Assembly (NCBI GenBank): GCA_002840905.1
Contig: PHDD01000006.1
Span: 8,910-72,909, forward strand
Length of the DNA stretch: 64,000 nt
Direction of reading: 5' to 3'
Origin: Bacteroidetes bacterium HGW-Bacteroidetes-4
GTDB lineage: Bacteria; Bacteroidota; Bacteroidia; Bacteroidales; SZUA-534
Positions 21,671 through 30,871 of the stretch are shown here, piece by piece. The notes beneath the pieces are model-generated. The model did no database searches. It saw nothing but the letters and a program-made list of their open reading frames with translations, and had not been told where the DNA came from. How positions within the stretch are numbered: position 1 is the first letter of the stretch; every line of letters starts with the position of its first letter. Made by a program: the position numbers and the translations under genes.

Positions 21671-22564
21671 TTAATCTACTATGTGTGCCCGCAAGGTTGC
21701 CACCTGCTGTTTTAATTCAGCAAAAGCCACAGGTTTAATGTCAAGGCGGGTACCCTCTTTAATTTTGATGGTTTTGTTTACCGTGTCAATTTCTATGTCG
21801 CTGGGCGATAGCTTACTTTCGAATGAACCAAAAGCATCGTTCAGTTTTTTTAATAAAAGCAGGTATTCCGACATTTTTAAATCGTCGTGTTGGTTTTGAA
21901 CCATATTGATTAAACTGTTCAGCGAATATTTTTGAGTAAGAATTTTACCGGCCAGTTTTGAGTCGGTTTCCTGGTAAAGATTTAAAGCAATGTGTAAAGA
22001 TTCAATCCAACCGCCCAAAAGAATTAACACGGCGGCATTTTCGCGTTCGCTCCCTTTTAGGTAGCGGTCGGTTGCTGCGTAAGCGTCGCGGGCAATACTT
22101 TTTAAGGTGTCAATTTCGTCGCTGTTATGTTCCACCGAAAGCAGGGTAAAATCTACAAAGTCTTTAGGAATATCCAGCTTTTCGGTTAATGCCTGTATGG
22201 TGGCCAGGTAATTAAATGCCTGTTGGGTTTGATCGTATATCCAAAGGTAGCTCAGATCGGCTCCATAAACCCCAAGATTTAAGGCCATCTTGTAACTGTC
22301 GGTATAGCGTGTGGCGTTATTTACCGAATTCAGAAATTCGGCATTAAAATGCCCGTTTTTTTCATTAATAACACGATCCACATCAACGGGTGAAAAAAGG
22401 TTATAAAAAACCAAATCGGGAACAGCACTTTTTTCTTTAGATGAAGTTGCCGTTTCATCCGTTGTAACCTCAAATCGTTTGTCTCCGGTTTTTTGATCGG
22501 GGTTCTGGCAACAGGTAAAAATTACAAAAGCCAGCGGGAGCAGTAGGTAGTATCGTTTTTTCAT
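21671..22564 (-). CDS. Uncharacterised lipoprotein, paralog B
   Basis: Lipobox VIFTCC. Same conserved blocks as 20665-21573. Confidence 0.6.
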   Translation of the reverse strand: MKKRYYLLLPLAFVIFTCCQNPDQKTGDKRFEVTTDETATSSKEKSAVPDLVFYNLFSPVDVDRVINEKNGHFNAEFLNSVNNATRYTDSYKMALNLGVYGADLSYLWIYDQTQQAFNYLATIQALTEKLDIPKDFVDFTLLSVEHNSDEIDTLKSIARDAYAATDRYLKGSERENAAVLILLGGWIESLHIALNLYQETDSKLAGKILTQKYSLNSLINMVQNQHDDLKMSEYLLLLKKLNDAFGSFESKLSPSDIEIDTVNKTIKIKEGTRLDIKPVAFAELKQQVATLRAHIVD

Positions 22565-22875
22565 TCGTGGTAGTGTTTTGTGTTCAGTTTTTGGTTGTTG
22601 TTGCGACCAAAATGCTGCATAAATATAAAAAAAATATGTGATAATTCTGAAACAGGCAAAATTGTTACGTTTACATTCTTATAAATGCTTCGTATTCAAA
22701 AGCAACTCCCGCTACCAAAAATCCAGTTTAAAGAGAACAGATAACTATTTTCCCGTTAAAAGGGCTGGTGAACCAGATGTGTTTGGTGGTTTACAACCAT
22801 AGGTTGATAAGCTTGCAAATAACGCAACTATAGCAGGCTTAGCCGGCTCAATCAAACATAAGCCGGTTAATTTTG

Positions 22876-22883
22876 TTACTTTT
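22876..22883 (+). promoter_or_regulatory. -7 box TACTTTTG (a second match, TAATTTTG, lies at 22867-22874)
   Basis: TAnnTTTG match 27 nt upstream of the queD ATG. Confidence 0.35.
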
Positions 22884-22909
22884 GCGGATAAATTAATGCA
22901 GTAAAAAAC

Positions 22910-23359
22910 ATGTCGATAATACGAGTTACCAAGGAATTTAATTTTGAGATGGCACACGCGCTGGCCAACTACGATGGTGCATGCAAAAACATACACGGTC
23001 ATTCTTATAAACTATTTGTTACCGTTATAGGGGAGCCCTCAGGCAAAACAGCAGATCCCAAGCTGGGAATGTTAATTGACTTTGGCGATTTAAAACAAAT
23101 AGTTGTAAAGTCCATTGTAAATGTTTTCGATCACGCTTTTGTGCTGTATAATCAGTCGGGTTTTGTATACGAAAAAAATCAGCACGAGATGTTTTCAAAT
23201 ACCATTTATGTCGATTATCAGCCAACCTGTGAAAACCTGGTGGCCGATTTTGCCTATAGGATTAAAGACATTCTGCCGTCGCAATGCAGCCTGTTTAGCT
23301 TAAGGCTGTATGAAACAGAAACATCATACGCCGAATGGTTTGCGTCAGACAATGCCTAG
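22910..23359 (+). CDS. queD: 6-carboxytetrahydropterin synthase
   Basis: FEMAHALANYDGACKNIHGHSY and CENL motifs of the PTPS/QueD family. Confidence 0.9.
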   Translation: MSIIRVTKEFNFEMAHALANYDGACKNIHGHSYKLFVTVIGEPSGKTADPKLGMLIDFGDLKQIVVKSIVNVFDHAFVLYNQSGFVYEKNQHEMFSNTIYVDYQPTCENLVADFAYRIKDILPSQCSLFSLRLYETETSYAEWFASDNA

Positions 23360-23397
23360 GCAAGCAGCGTTCAAAAACTATTGCGTATAAATTAAAT

Positions 23398-23420
23398 GCA
23401 CGGTTAGCCCGTGCGTTTTT
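23398..23420 (+). terminator. Hairpin plus T-run after queD
   Basis: gcacgg ttagc ccgtgc followed by gttttt. Confidence 0.5.
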
Positions 23421-23422
23421 GT

Positions 23423-23430
23423 TATATTTG
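23423..23430 (+). promoter_or_regulatory. -7 box TATATTTG
   Basis: TAnnTTTG match 21 nt upstream of the polA ATG. Confidence 0.4.
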
Positions 23431-23450
23431 TTACCCTAAAAACAAAAAGA

Positions 23451-26225
23451 ATGGCTGAAAAAAAACTCTTCCTGCTTGATGCTTATGCCCTGGCTTACCG
23501 CGCTTATTATGCCTTTATTAAAAATCCCCGGATGAATTCAAAGGGAGAAAACACCTCTGCGATTTTTGGTTTTGCCAACGCGCTGCTCGAGGTGCTCAAT
23601 AAACAGCAACCCTCGCACATTGGCGTGGTGTTCGATCCGCATGGGCCAACGTTCCGTAACGACATGTATCCCGAATACAAGGCCAACCGCGAGGCCATGC
23701 CCGAAGATCTGCGGCATTCCATTCCGTTTATTAAGGAACTAATTGCAGCCATGAACATTCCGGTACTTGAGGTAAAAGGCTACGAGGCCGACGATGTAAT
23801 TGGCACCCTGGCTAAAAAGGCCGAACAGGAAGGATTTGAAGTATTTATGATGACTCCTGATAAAGACTATGCCCAACTGGTTTCCGACCGTGTATTTGTT
23901 TTTAAACCGGCCCGCTCGGGCGGCGATGCTGAAATATGGGATCGCGAAAAGGTAATTGAAAAGTTTAAGGTGGCTCCCGAACGCATCATCGATTTGTTAG
24001 GACTTATGGGCGACAGCTCCGACAATGTTCCCGGGTGTCCCGGCGTTGGCCCTAAGGGGGCCGAAAAGCTGATAAGCGATTTTGGTTCTTTACTTGGGGT
24101 ATATGAACACCTCGATGAACTGAAGGGCAAACAAAAGGAAAACCTGATTGCTTTTAAGGAGCAGATTCTTTTGTCAAAAGAGTTGGTTACCATCGAAACC
24201 CGGGTTCCCATCGACTTTAATGCAGAAACATTTGTGGTAGAAAAACCCGATACCGAAAAGATTAAAACCCTGTTTGAGCGGCTTGAGTTCCGCACCCTTT
24301 TGCCCAGGGTAATTGGTGAACAGCCCGAAACGAAAAAAGCGGTTCCCGGCGTTCCGGTGCAGGGCTCCCTGTTTGATGCTCCGGCGGCAGCAAATGAAAC
24401 GGTGCCTTCAACAGCTTCGTTTTCAGCCGGTGACGTGGACTATCGGCTGGTGGTTTCTCAAAAAGAACAGGACGATTTGCTTAAACTATTGCTCAAAAGT
24501 AATGAAGTGTGTTTCGATACCGAAACCACTTCGCTCGAAATCCATTCGGCCCGGTTGGTGGGTATGGCTTTTTCCAATGCCGAAGGCAAAGCATGGTATG
24601 TTGCTGTTCCAAAGGAACACGCCGAAGCACAGGCAGTGGTCAATCGCTTTCTTCCTTTTTTCACGCATCCGGGCATTCTGAAAATTGGTCAGAACCTGAA
24701 ATACGACCTGCAGGTAATGAAAAACTATGGTATAACCTTTGCCGGCCCCTTTTTCGATACCATGATTGCCCATTACCTCATTCAGCCCGATTTTCGCCAC
24801 AACCTCGACGACATGGCCCGCAGCTACCTGAATTACGAGACCATCAAAACCGCAGAACTTATCGGTAAAAAAGGCATAAACCAAATTACCATGGATAAGG
24901 TGCCGGTGGAAAAGGTTAAGGATTATGCCTGCGAAGATGCCGATATTACTTTTCGGCTGTATCCTAAGCTAAAAATGGAATTGGAACAGTGGAAAATGAA
25001 CAGCCTGTTCAACGATATTGAAATACCCCTGATTTCCGTTTTAACCGACATGGAATATACAGGGGTTAAGATCGACAAAAATCAACTGGCTGATTACGCC
25101 GACAAGCTGAATGCCGAAGTGGCCGAAATTGAACAGCAGATTTACCATCTGGCCGGCGAAACCTTTAACATTGCTTCGCCAAAGCAATTGGGCGATGTGC
25201 TGTTCGAAAAGCTGCGGATTGTTTCGGATGCCAAAAAGACCAAAACCAAACAATACGCTACCGGCGAAGAGGTTTTGGTAAAACTTACCGATAAACACCC
25301 GATTATTCCTTTGATACTCGAATTCCGAAGCATTAAAAAACTCGTGTCGACTTATATTGAGGCCTTGCCCCAGTTGGTGCATCCCCAAACGGGAAAAATT
25401 CACACCTCGTACAACCAGACCATCACCGCAACCGGACGGCTTAGCTCAAACAATCCCAACCTGCAAAACATTCCCATCCGCGAAGCCCGTGGCCGGGAGA
25501 TTCGAAAAGCTTTTATTCCCAGCGATACCCATCACGTGCTGTTTGCTGCCGACTATTCGCAGATTGAACTGCGCCTGATGGCCCATTTGAGCAACGACGA
25601 ACACATGATTGAAGCTTTTGCCCGGGGCGAAGACATTCACGCGGCCACCGCAGCACGCATCTTTGGTATTCCGCAAAGTGAGGTGAGTCGCGAGCAACGT
25701 AGCTTTGCCAAGGGAGCCAACTTTGGAATCATCTATGGCATTTCAGCTTTTGGACTGGCGCAGAACCTGAACATATCGCGCAGCGAGGCAAAGAATATTA
25801 TCGACAGCTATTTTGCCAGTTATCCCGGGGTAAAACGCTTTATGGACGAAAGCATTCGAACCGTGCGCGAAAAAGGTTTTGCCGAAACTCTTTTCGGGCG
25901 ACGGCGTTACCTGGCCGACATCCATTCGGGCAACGCCATTGTACGCGGGGCGGCCGAACGCAACGCCATTAATGCCCCCATCCAGGGTGCTGCCGCCGAT
26001 ATCATTAAAATAGCCATGATAAACGTGCAAAAGGCGCTCGACAAAGCTCAGCTTAAATCGAAAATGATACTACAGGTACACGACGAATTGGTGTTCGATG
26101 TGCTGCAAACAGAATTGGATGAGGTAAAAGCACTGGTTGTAAGGGAAATGGAACAGGCAGTATCGCTGAAAGTTCCGTTAACGGTTGATTTTGGGGTGGG
26201 CTCTAACTGGCTCGAGGCGCATTAG
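23451..26225 (+). CDS. polA: DNA polymerase I
   Basis: 5'-nuclease N-terminus (LLDAYALAYRAYYA), a 3'-5' exo domain (CFDTETTSL), and the pol motifs DYSQIELR, RRxAKxxNFGxxYG and QVHDELVF. Confidence 0.98.
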   Translation: MAEKKLFLLDAYALAYRAYYAFIKNPRMNSKGENTSAIFGFANALLEVLNKQQPSHIGVVFDPHGPTFRNDMYPEYKANREAMPEDLRHSIPFIKELIAAMNIPVLEVKGYEADDVIGTLAKKAEQEGFEVFMMTPDKDYAQLVSDRVFVFKPARSGGDAEIWDREKVIEKFKVAPERIIDLLGLMGDSSDNVPGCPGVGPKGAEKLISDFGSLLGVYEHLDELKGKQKENLIAFKEQILLSKELVTIETRVPIDFNAETFVVEKPDTEKIKTLFERLEFRTLLPRVIGEQPETKKAVPGVPVQGSLFDAPAAANETVPSTASFSAGDVDYRLVVSQKEQDDLLKLLLKSNEVCFDTETTSLEIHSARLVGMAFSNAEGKAWYVAVPKEHAEAQAVVNRFLPFFTHPGILKIGQNLKYDLQVMKNYGITFAGPFFDTMIAHYLIQPDFRHNLDDMARSYLNYETIKTAELIGKKGINQITMDKVPVEKVKDYACEDADITFRLYPKLKMELEQWKMNSLFNDIEIPLISVLTDMEYTGVKIDKNQLADYADKLNAEVAEIEQQIYHLAGETFNIASPKQLGDVLFEKLRIVSDAKKTKTKQYATGEEVLVKLTDKHPIIPLILEFRSIKKLVSTYIEALPQLVHPQTGKIHTSYNQTITATGRLSSNNPNLQNIPIREARGREIRKAFIPSDTHHVLFAADYSQIELRLMAHLSNDEHMIEAFARGEDIHAATAARIFGIPQSEVSREQRSFAKGANFGIIYGISAFGLAQNLNISRSEAKNIIDSYFASYPGVKRFMDESIRTVREKGFAETLFGRRRYLADIHSGNAIVRGAAERNAINAPIQGAAADIIKIAMINVQKALDKAQLKSKMILQVHDELVFDVLQTELDEVKALVVREMEQAVSLKVPLTVDFGVGSNWLEAH

Positions 26226-26239
26226 TCATTCTTCAGCCC

Positions 26240-26543
26240 ACAGTTGGAGGTTCGCAGCCCCGGTTATCGTAGGGGTAACCCTCCTTGCGGCGGGCAGGCA
26301 TCCGTGATGCTGTGATTCGGAATTTCAGTGATACGGAAGCCGGGAGGCATGGTTCAAATTGGCAGCAGACCTTTCGGGCTAAAACACCAAAGGAGTTATA
26401 GCTCGTTAGCATTAATTTGCTCCGCAGCATAAAGCGCTGCTATCTTGCCATAAAATACCGGCTTCTTATGATTCGCAAATGGCAGCAAACCCCGAAGGGG
26501 TGCCATAATAATAGCCCCGGGTGTCAACCCGGGGTTTGGTTTA
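26240..26543 (+). ncRNA. Candidate structured RNA / structured polA 3' region (unclassified)
   Basis: No ORF. There are several nested G+C-rich hairpins (ggagg..cccc ggttatcgta gggg..cctcc; gcatc cgt gatgc; cccc gaa gggg). The region ends at the terminator-like hairpin at 26515-26534 followed by tttggttt. Confidence 0.2.
26515..26543 (+). terminator. Terminator-like hairpin inside the polA-adhesin spacer
   Basis: 8 bp stem ccccgggt / acccgggg, loop gtca, followed by tttggttta. There is no T-run on the opposite strand. Confidence 0.4.
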
Positions 26544-27390
26544 CCCCATGCAAAGCGCTGCAGGCGGCAAAGGTTCCATGAAAAGCTTCGTTATCATGCA
26601 GCGCAACACAACAACAGTTAGAAAATAGCGCATCGTTAATCGGCAAATTTGATGCTGCTCCCCTGGGCTATTCTTTTCCCGGCGTTATTTTAGGCAAATA
26701 ATACAAAACACCGGTGCGTTTTGCCTTCTGGGTTAAAACACACACGGTGTTCCTGCTGTTCCTTTGCTTCAATGTCCAATTTCTTCCCTCGCAGATCAGA
26801 TTTCGACGGTTTCGTCTTCGGGATTTTCCGGAGTGGCCAGTCGTGTTTTAACGGTTAACTGATATTTTTCAATCTGTACATTCAACGGCTCTGTCAGCAT
26901 GTTTTTCAGCCCCTGAATTGGTTGCTGCTGCCCAACAAAGGGTTCTTAAGCCGCTGAACCGTATGCAGATGAACAGGCACCCGGGCTAAGGAGAAGGCGT
27001 AAGCGTCGGTGTTTCGACAGGTCCTGTTTACATTGTGGGGCAACCAAAGGGTTCCGGCAACGGTTCCTAATGATTCGGAAAAAGAGCAGGCCCGACCACC
27101 GGCTTTTTTTGCTTTTTAAAAATAACGTTTATAGTTGCTAAGCCCACCCGACGGAAACCAGGGGGGGTGGTAAGCCGGGAATAAGAAAACAGTTTCTGAA
27201 CCGGATGTAGTATAATCACAATTGTTACGAAACAAATACAAAACACAGGAAATAACACCAAAAAAATTAATTACAACTATTGTTTAGTTTGGTAAAATAG
27301 CATAAATTGCCAAACCATTTCCTATTTAAAGAATACCCTATAGACAGATAACAAGCAACCAAGGATTCAATACATACTAAATTAAAGATT

Positions 27391-28962
27391 ATGAAAAAAA
27401 CTACGCTTTTACCAAGCGGGCTGCGGCGTTTAGTGCCGGGTTTGCTTTTGCTATTGTTATTTAGTTCCCAGGGATGGGGGCAGGAAACCATTACACCAAT
27501 AAGAACTGATGTGTCTGGTTTTTCGACTTGGACCGATATCGACATTGGGGGTACTACTTATCTTCAGTTGCTAAAAGCGACAGCGGTTACCATTACACCA
27601 TCGATGGACTTTAGTATCTATACAAGTGAAACTTTAAATTTTAAAGCCAGAACTTATGGTGGAACTAATGAAGTTGAAAACACTGTTTATATAGATATAA
27701 CTGAAGATAATGGTTTGAGTTGGACAAATATTGGGAATCGTGTGCCTACAACAAACTCTTTGAATGCAATGTCTTTATTCGACTTAAGCTCCTATAATGG
27801 TACACAAGTTAAATTAAGGTTTTCTGTTTTAGGTACAAGCAATTCAATTGGTGTTGGAATTGATGATATTTCAATTACTGGTGTTCTGTCAATTACTGAT
27901 ACCGACCCCCCATTGCTTTTATCAACGATACCTGCCGATGGGTCAAGCGATATAAATATTAGCACCGTCCTTAGCCTGACTTTTAATGAAAACATAGTCA
28001 AAGGTTCAGGTAATATTTCGGTTTATAATGCAAGCGATGTTTTAATTGAGGCAGTTGATGTAAGTACGGAAGCTGTTACTATAACTGATGCCACAGCCGT
28101 GGTTGATTTGTTTTCGGATTTAAGTGCCGGTGAAACCTATTATGTAATGGTCGATGCCACGGCCTTTACCGATATAGCCGGAAACCCATATGCCGGAATT
28201 GCCAACTCAACGGACTGGAATTTTAGCACTTCAGCTACCTTATCGTCCGATGCCACCTTAACCGACTTACAAGTCGATGGCACCACCATTGCCGGTTTCG
28301 ATGCCGGAACGGTTGCCTACGATGTGGAATTGCCCTATGGCACCACCACGGTTCCTACCGTTACTTATACCTTAAGCGATGCCACCGCTACGGTAATTCA
28401 AACCGATGCAGCCTCCCTGCCAGGTACTACCAGCGTTGAGGTTACTGCCCAGGATAGCACCACCAAAAAAGATTACCGCATCAACTTTACCGTGGCAGCA
28501 CCCAGCAGTGAGGCCACACTTACTTCGGCCAGCTACACGGTCGACGATGGGAACGAAACCCTTACCGACATACCTTACGGAACAACCCTGGCCGACTTTA
28601 AAGCAGCATTAACGCCTGCCACAGGAGCTGCTTTTGAGGTTTACCTTGCCGATGGTACTACCCTGGCAACCGATCTCTTAAGCGGATACAAGGTGGTGGT
28701 TACCGCTCAGGATGGAACCACCCAAAAGACCTATACCCTGACGGTAAATGAGCCGGTTATTGATTTGTTCTTTTCGGAATACATCGAAGGTTCTTCAAAC
28801 AACAAAGCTTTGGAAATCTACAATCCCACCGGAGCGGATGTCGATTTATCGGCTTATTCGGTTAAGCTGGCCACCAACGGTGCAAGCTGGGGAACTATCA
28901 AGTGCCGCCATTCAGGCTATTATAGATGCAGGGGACATTACCTCGGGTGTGGCCAATTTTAA
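27391..28962 (+). CDS. Adhesin fragment 1: signal peptide, MAM/choice-of-anchor-like domain, SbsA-Ig (Big_5)-like, cadherin-like repeat, N-half of LTD-like module
   Basis: [31 protein letters not shown] signal, DTDPPLL..FNENI Big_5 pattern, [12 protein letters not shown] repeat, [42 protein letters not shown]. The last 22 codons or so are out-of-frame read-through. Confidence 0.7.
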   Translation: MKKTTLLPSGLRRLVPGLLLLLLFSSQGWGQETITPIRTDVSGFSTWTDIDIGGTTYLQLLKATAVTITPSMDFSIYTSETLNFKARTYGGTNEVENTVYIDITEDNGLSWTNIGNRVPTTNSLNAMSLFDLSSYNGTQVKLRFSVLGTSNSIGVGIDDISITGVLSITDTDPPLLLSTIPADGSSDINISTVLSLTFNENIVKGSGNISVYNASDVLIEAVDVSTEAVTITDATAVVDLFSDLSAGETYYVMVDATAFTDIAGNPYAGIANSTDWNFSTSATLSSDATLTDLQVDGTTIAGFDAGTVAYDVELPYGTTTVPTVTYTLSDATATVIQTDAASLPGTTSVEVTAQDSTTKKDYRINFTVAAPSSEATLTSASYTVDDGNETLTDIPYGTTLADFKAALTPATGAAFEVYLADGTTLATDLLSGYKVVVTAQDGTTQKTYTLTVNEPVIDLFFSEYIEGSSNNKALEIYNPTGADVDLSAYSVKLATNGASWGTIKCRHSGYYRCRGHYLGCGQF

Positions 28963-30871
28963 TGGCAACGATGCCGTGGGCTTGTTTAAAAATGATATAC
29001 TTATCGATGTCATTGGTCAGGTGGGCGAAGACCCGGGAACAGCCTGGCCAGTTGCCGACGATGCCAGCGGTACGGTTGACCAGACCTTGGTACGAAAGGC
29101 AGCAATAAACATGGGAACCATCTCCTGGACCTCTTCGGCAGGAACGAATGCCGATGATTCTCAGTGGTTGGTTTATAGTCAGGATGAATTATCGTATTTA
29201 GGTTCTCATGTTCAGTTTACCGATAATGAGGCACCTGTGGTAAGTTTTTCTCCCCTGAATGGTTCTTCGCAGGTTACTGAAACCACCGATATCACGCTAA
29301 GTTTCGACGAGGAAATCTTTAATGCCGATGGTTCGGCCATCAGCAACGACGATTTAGCCGCCAAACTGTCCTTCTCCGAAACAGCCACGCCGGCCAACAC
29401 GCTGCCCTTTGTGGCCAGTATTTCCGGACAACAGATAGTGGTCAATCCCACCGGCGACTTAAAACTGGGCATGCAATATACCCTGAGCCTTCTGGCCAAT
29501 ACCGTGGAAGATGCCACCGGAAACGAAAATACCGAAAGCAGTACCACCTTTACCGTGCGCGAAGCCCGAACGGTGGCTGAAGTTGCCTCAGCGGTTTATA
29601 CCGTCGATAATAGCAACAGCACCATCAGCAATGTTCCCTATTCCGAAGACCTGACGGCTTTTAAAGCCAATGTGCTTGCCCTAAGCGGCGCTTCGTACGA
29701 TGTGTACCTGGCCGACGGACTTAGTGTTGCTACCGATTTGCTCGATGGCTATCAGCTAATTTGTGTGGCCGAAGACGGCTTAACAAAAAAAACCTATACC
29801 ATAAATAAAATAGCTTTCGTAAACAACGAAACCGACATCCTTAGCTTTGCCGTTCCCGGCCAGACCGGAGAGGCAACCATCGATGCCGATGCCCATACCC
29901 TGAGCATTCAGGTACCTTACGGAAGCAATCGCAGCGCCCTGGTTGCCACCTTTACCCTGAGTGTCGGGGCTACCGCCAAAGTGGGAACAACACCCCAGGA
30001 AAGTGGCGTAACAGTCAACAATTTTGAAAGCACCGTAACTTACAGCATTGTTGCCGAAGACGGAACTACCAATCAGGATTGGCAGGTTAGCGTTACTCCT
30101 GAGGCTCCGAATACCGATGCCAGCTTAAGTGCCCTGTTTATCGATGAGGTAGTGGTCGAAGGCTTCAGTCCGGCGGTTTATGCTTATACCCGCCAATATC
30201 CTTACGGAACGGCAGGCGTTCCTGGGGTTACTTATACCCTGAACGATGCCACCGCATCGGCGGAGCTGACTGTGGCAGAATCAATGCCCGGAACAAGCAG
30301 CGTAAAAGTTACCGCTCAGGACGGACTTACCACCCAAACCTACTCCATCGAATTTACCTGGGAAGCACCCAGTACGGAAGCTTATGTAACTTCTGCCAAC
30401 TATTTGGTTAACGATACCGAAAACACCCTTACCGGAATTCCTTACGGAACCAGCCTGGCGGCCTTTAAAGCTAACCTGACTCCGGCAGCCTATGCCAGCT
30501 TTGAGGTGTATCAGTCCGACGGCAGTTCGGTAGCGACCGATCTGAAAAGCGGCTACCTGGTAGTAGTTACCGCGCAGGATGGCACTACCCAAAAAACCTA
30601 TGCGCTTACATTGGATGAAGCCCCAACCAGTGAGTTGTTTTTCTCGGAATACCTCGAAGGTTCTTCAAGCAACAAGGCCTTGGAGATTTACAATCCCACC
30701 GGAGCGGATGTCGATTTATCGGCTTATTCGGTTAAGCTGGCCACCAACGGTGCAAGCTGGGGAACTATGCAGGGGACATTACCTCGGGTGTGGCCAATTT
30801 TAATGGCGACGATGCCGTGGGCTTGTTTAAAAATGATATACTTATCGATGTCATTGGCAACGTGGGTGTAG
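28748..30871 (+). CDS. Adhesin fragment 2: C-half of LTD-like module 1, Big_5-like and cadherin-like repeats, N-half of LTD-like module 2
   Basis: Meaningful protein sequence begins near 28893 ([42 protein letters not shown]). The ORF-track ATG at 28748 lies in an alternative frame of fragment 1. No signal peptide. Confidence 0.6.
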   Translation: MSRLLICSFRNTSKVLQTTKLWKSTIPPERMSIYRLIRLSWPPTVQAGELSSAAIQAIIDAGDITSGVANFNGNDAVGLFKNDILIDVIGQVGEDPGTAWPVADDASGTVDQTLVRKAAINMGTISWTSSAGTNADDSQWLVYSQDELSYLGSHVQFTDNEAPVVSFSPLNGSSQVTETTDITLSFDEEIFNADGSAISNDDLAAKLSFSETATPANTLPFVASISGQQIVVNPTGDLKLGMQYTLSLLANTVEDATGNENTESSTTFTVREARTVAEVASAVYTVDNSNSTISNVPYSEDLTAFKANVLALSGASYDVYLADGLSVATDLLDGYQLICVAEDGLTKKTYTINKIAFVNNETDILSFAVPGQTGEATIDADAHTLSIQVPYGSNRSALVATFTLSVGATAKVGTTPQESGVTVNNFESTVTYSIVAEDGTTNQDWQVSVTPEAPNTDASLSALFIDEVVVEGFSPAVYAYTRQYPYGTAGVPGVTYTLNDATASAELTVAESMPGTSSVKVTAQDGLTTQTYSIEFTWEAPSTEAYVTSANYLVNDTENTLTGIPYGTSLAAFKANLTPAAYASFEVYQSDGSSVATDLKSGYLVVVTAQDGTTQKTYALTLDEAPTSELFFSEYLEGSSSNKALEIYNPTGADVDLSAYSVKLATNGASWGTMQGTLPRVWPILMATMPWACLKMIYLSMSLATWV
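28771..29016 (+). repeat. LTD-module repeat copy 1 (partner 30641-30857)
   Basis: 28819-28898 is identical to 30689-30768 (80 nt). 28928-29016 equals 30769-30857 apart from one a/g difference. Copy 1 carries an extra 29 nt (28899-28927). Confidence 0.9.
30641..30857 (+). repeat. LTD-module repeat copy 2 (partner 28771-29016)
   Basis: See copy 1. Relative to copy 1 it lacks the 29 nt caagtgccgccattcaggctattatagat. Confidence 0.9.

Noticed and set aside
26795-26815. An ATTTCGACGG motif reminiscent of the tmRNA 5' end.
   Set aside because: There is no GGGG acceptor 5' end, no tRNA-like T-arm (GGTTCGAnTCC), no CCA-proximal 3' end and no tag ORF.
26955-26990. GAACCGTATGC..., resembling half of group II intron domain V.
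   Set aside because: No complementary strand forms the domain V helix. There is no GUGYG 5' end and no reverse transcriptase ORF.
26233-27545. Small minus-strand ORFs in the polA-adhesin spacer (26233-26430, 27067-27261, 27267-27545).
   Set aside because: They have no recognisable motifs and Cys/Arg/Pro-rich or AT-driven composition. The last one overlaps the adhesin start. They are better explained as non-coding DNA.
28748-28892. The ATG at 28748 as a genuine start of an independent second adhesin gene.
   Set aside because: This stretch is the alternative frame of well-conserved LTD-coding sequence of fragment 1 ([23 protein letters not shown] has no domain sense). There is no signal peptide.
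28889-28930. Programmed frameshifting or translational bypassing (take-off/landing GGA codons) as an explanation for the adhesin frame breaks.
   Set aside because: The two junctions need different shifts (+1 and +2/-1). Landing at the downstream GGA in copy 1 stays in the dead-end frame. No slippery heptamer is present.
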